A stretch of DNA of 63,968 bases, counting the filler, from Hausera hauseri (taxonomy: Eukaryota): NCBI GenBank assembly GCA_046269625.1. It is 11 parts of 11 records of this genome, joined end to end, with 100 filler letters (N's around TTAATTAATTAA, not from the genome) between each part and the next. Parts side by side here need not be neighbours in the genome. Positions count along the whole stretch, not along the records: positions 59,904 to 63,968 come from JBJURY010784424.1; 10 more parts are not named here. One strand, 5' to 3'. Under the pieces are notes generated by a model, which did no database searches, was not told the origin of the DNA, and worked only from the letters and a program-made list of their open reading frames with translations. Below, piece by piece: positions 63,411 through 63,968 of this stretch (position 1 is its first letter; each line of letters begins with the position of its first letter). Position numbers and translations under genes: made by a program.

Positions 63411-63968
63411 AAATCAGCCAATTATTTTAAGGCGAACAATTAAGAAATTCATCATTCGTTGAAGTGATTGGTTTTAATGCACTTTTGTTTTAATGCATCA
63501 ATAAAATGAAATACATGTTAGCGCCAACTTCAAATGGATTTTCATATATTGGAATTCGAATAATGTCATTAAATTCTTCGAATAATGCATACTTGACCGA
63601 ATATTCGAGTTCGAATAGATAATTAATCGATTTCGAGGAATGTATTTAAATATCTAACATCAAATTTCGATTCAACATGTATGACTTCCTATCCCGGCCC
63701 GCTTATAGATTTATTGATTTTCGCTTCACTGGACTTTAAATGCAGATTTTGCTTAATTAGAAATAATGATTTTGTACATATATAGATCATTTTCATGGAA
63801 TGGTTTTTATGTATAAGGAGGTATTCATATATAAGGAATAGATTTCCACTGTTAGATTTTTCGAATAGTTCGATATTCGATATTCGAGCCAAAAATATTC
63901 GAATTTCAAATATCTGACTCGAGATTCGAGATTGCCATAGTCGATTTCCTATCTGGCCCCGCTAATTA

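Noticed and set aside
134-63892. Numerous 60-150 aa antisense ORFs, and any CRISPR, tRNA or rRNA genes
   Set aside because: The short ORFs are shadows of the elements on the opposite strand; no repeat-spacer array or recognisable RNA gene was seen.

Overview
AT-rich eukaryotic (most likely invertebrate animal) repeat-rich DNA. The window is 11 contigs joined by artificial 100-bp spacers (N44-TTAATTAATTAA-N44), so adjacency across spacers means nothing. Nearly all of it is decayed mobile DNA. (1) A Ty3/gypsy lineage seen in three contigs. It has a chuvirus/Monjiviricetes-type glycoprotein in frame UPSTREAM of protease-RT-RNaseH-integrase, and a second signal-peptide, FN3-like membrane protein after integrase. 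(2) A CsRn1-like Ty3/gypsy family in four copies. Its Gag appears to start with a ubiquitin-like domain ending in GG|M, has a duplicated CHCC zinc motif, and ends in a conserved -1 frameshift signal. (3) Four Polinton/adintovirus-type protein-primed PolB genes with an endonuclease VII (HNH) insert, each preceded by a duplicated Cys/His module, plus two tandem penton-like genes. (4) A BEL/Pao element with CCCH fingers inside Gag, a four-knuckle gypsy element, a Penelope-like GIY-YIG fragment and a hAT/Buster fragment. Host sequence includes part of a spliced BRPF/peregrin gene and decayed fragments of ankyrin, kelch, DDB1, alpha-tubulin and APC1 genes. All family assignments come from recognising motifs by eye; no searches were run.
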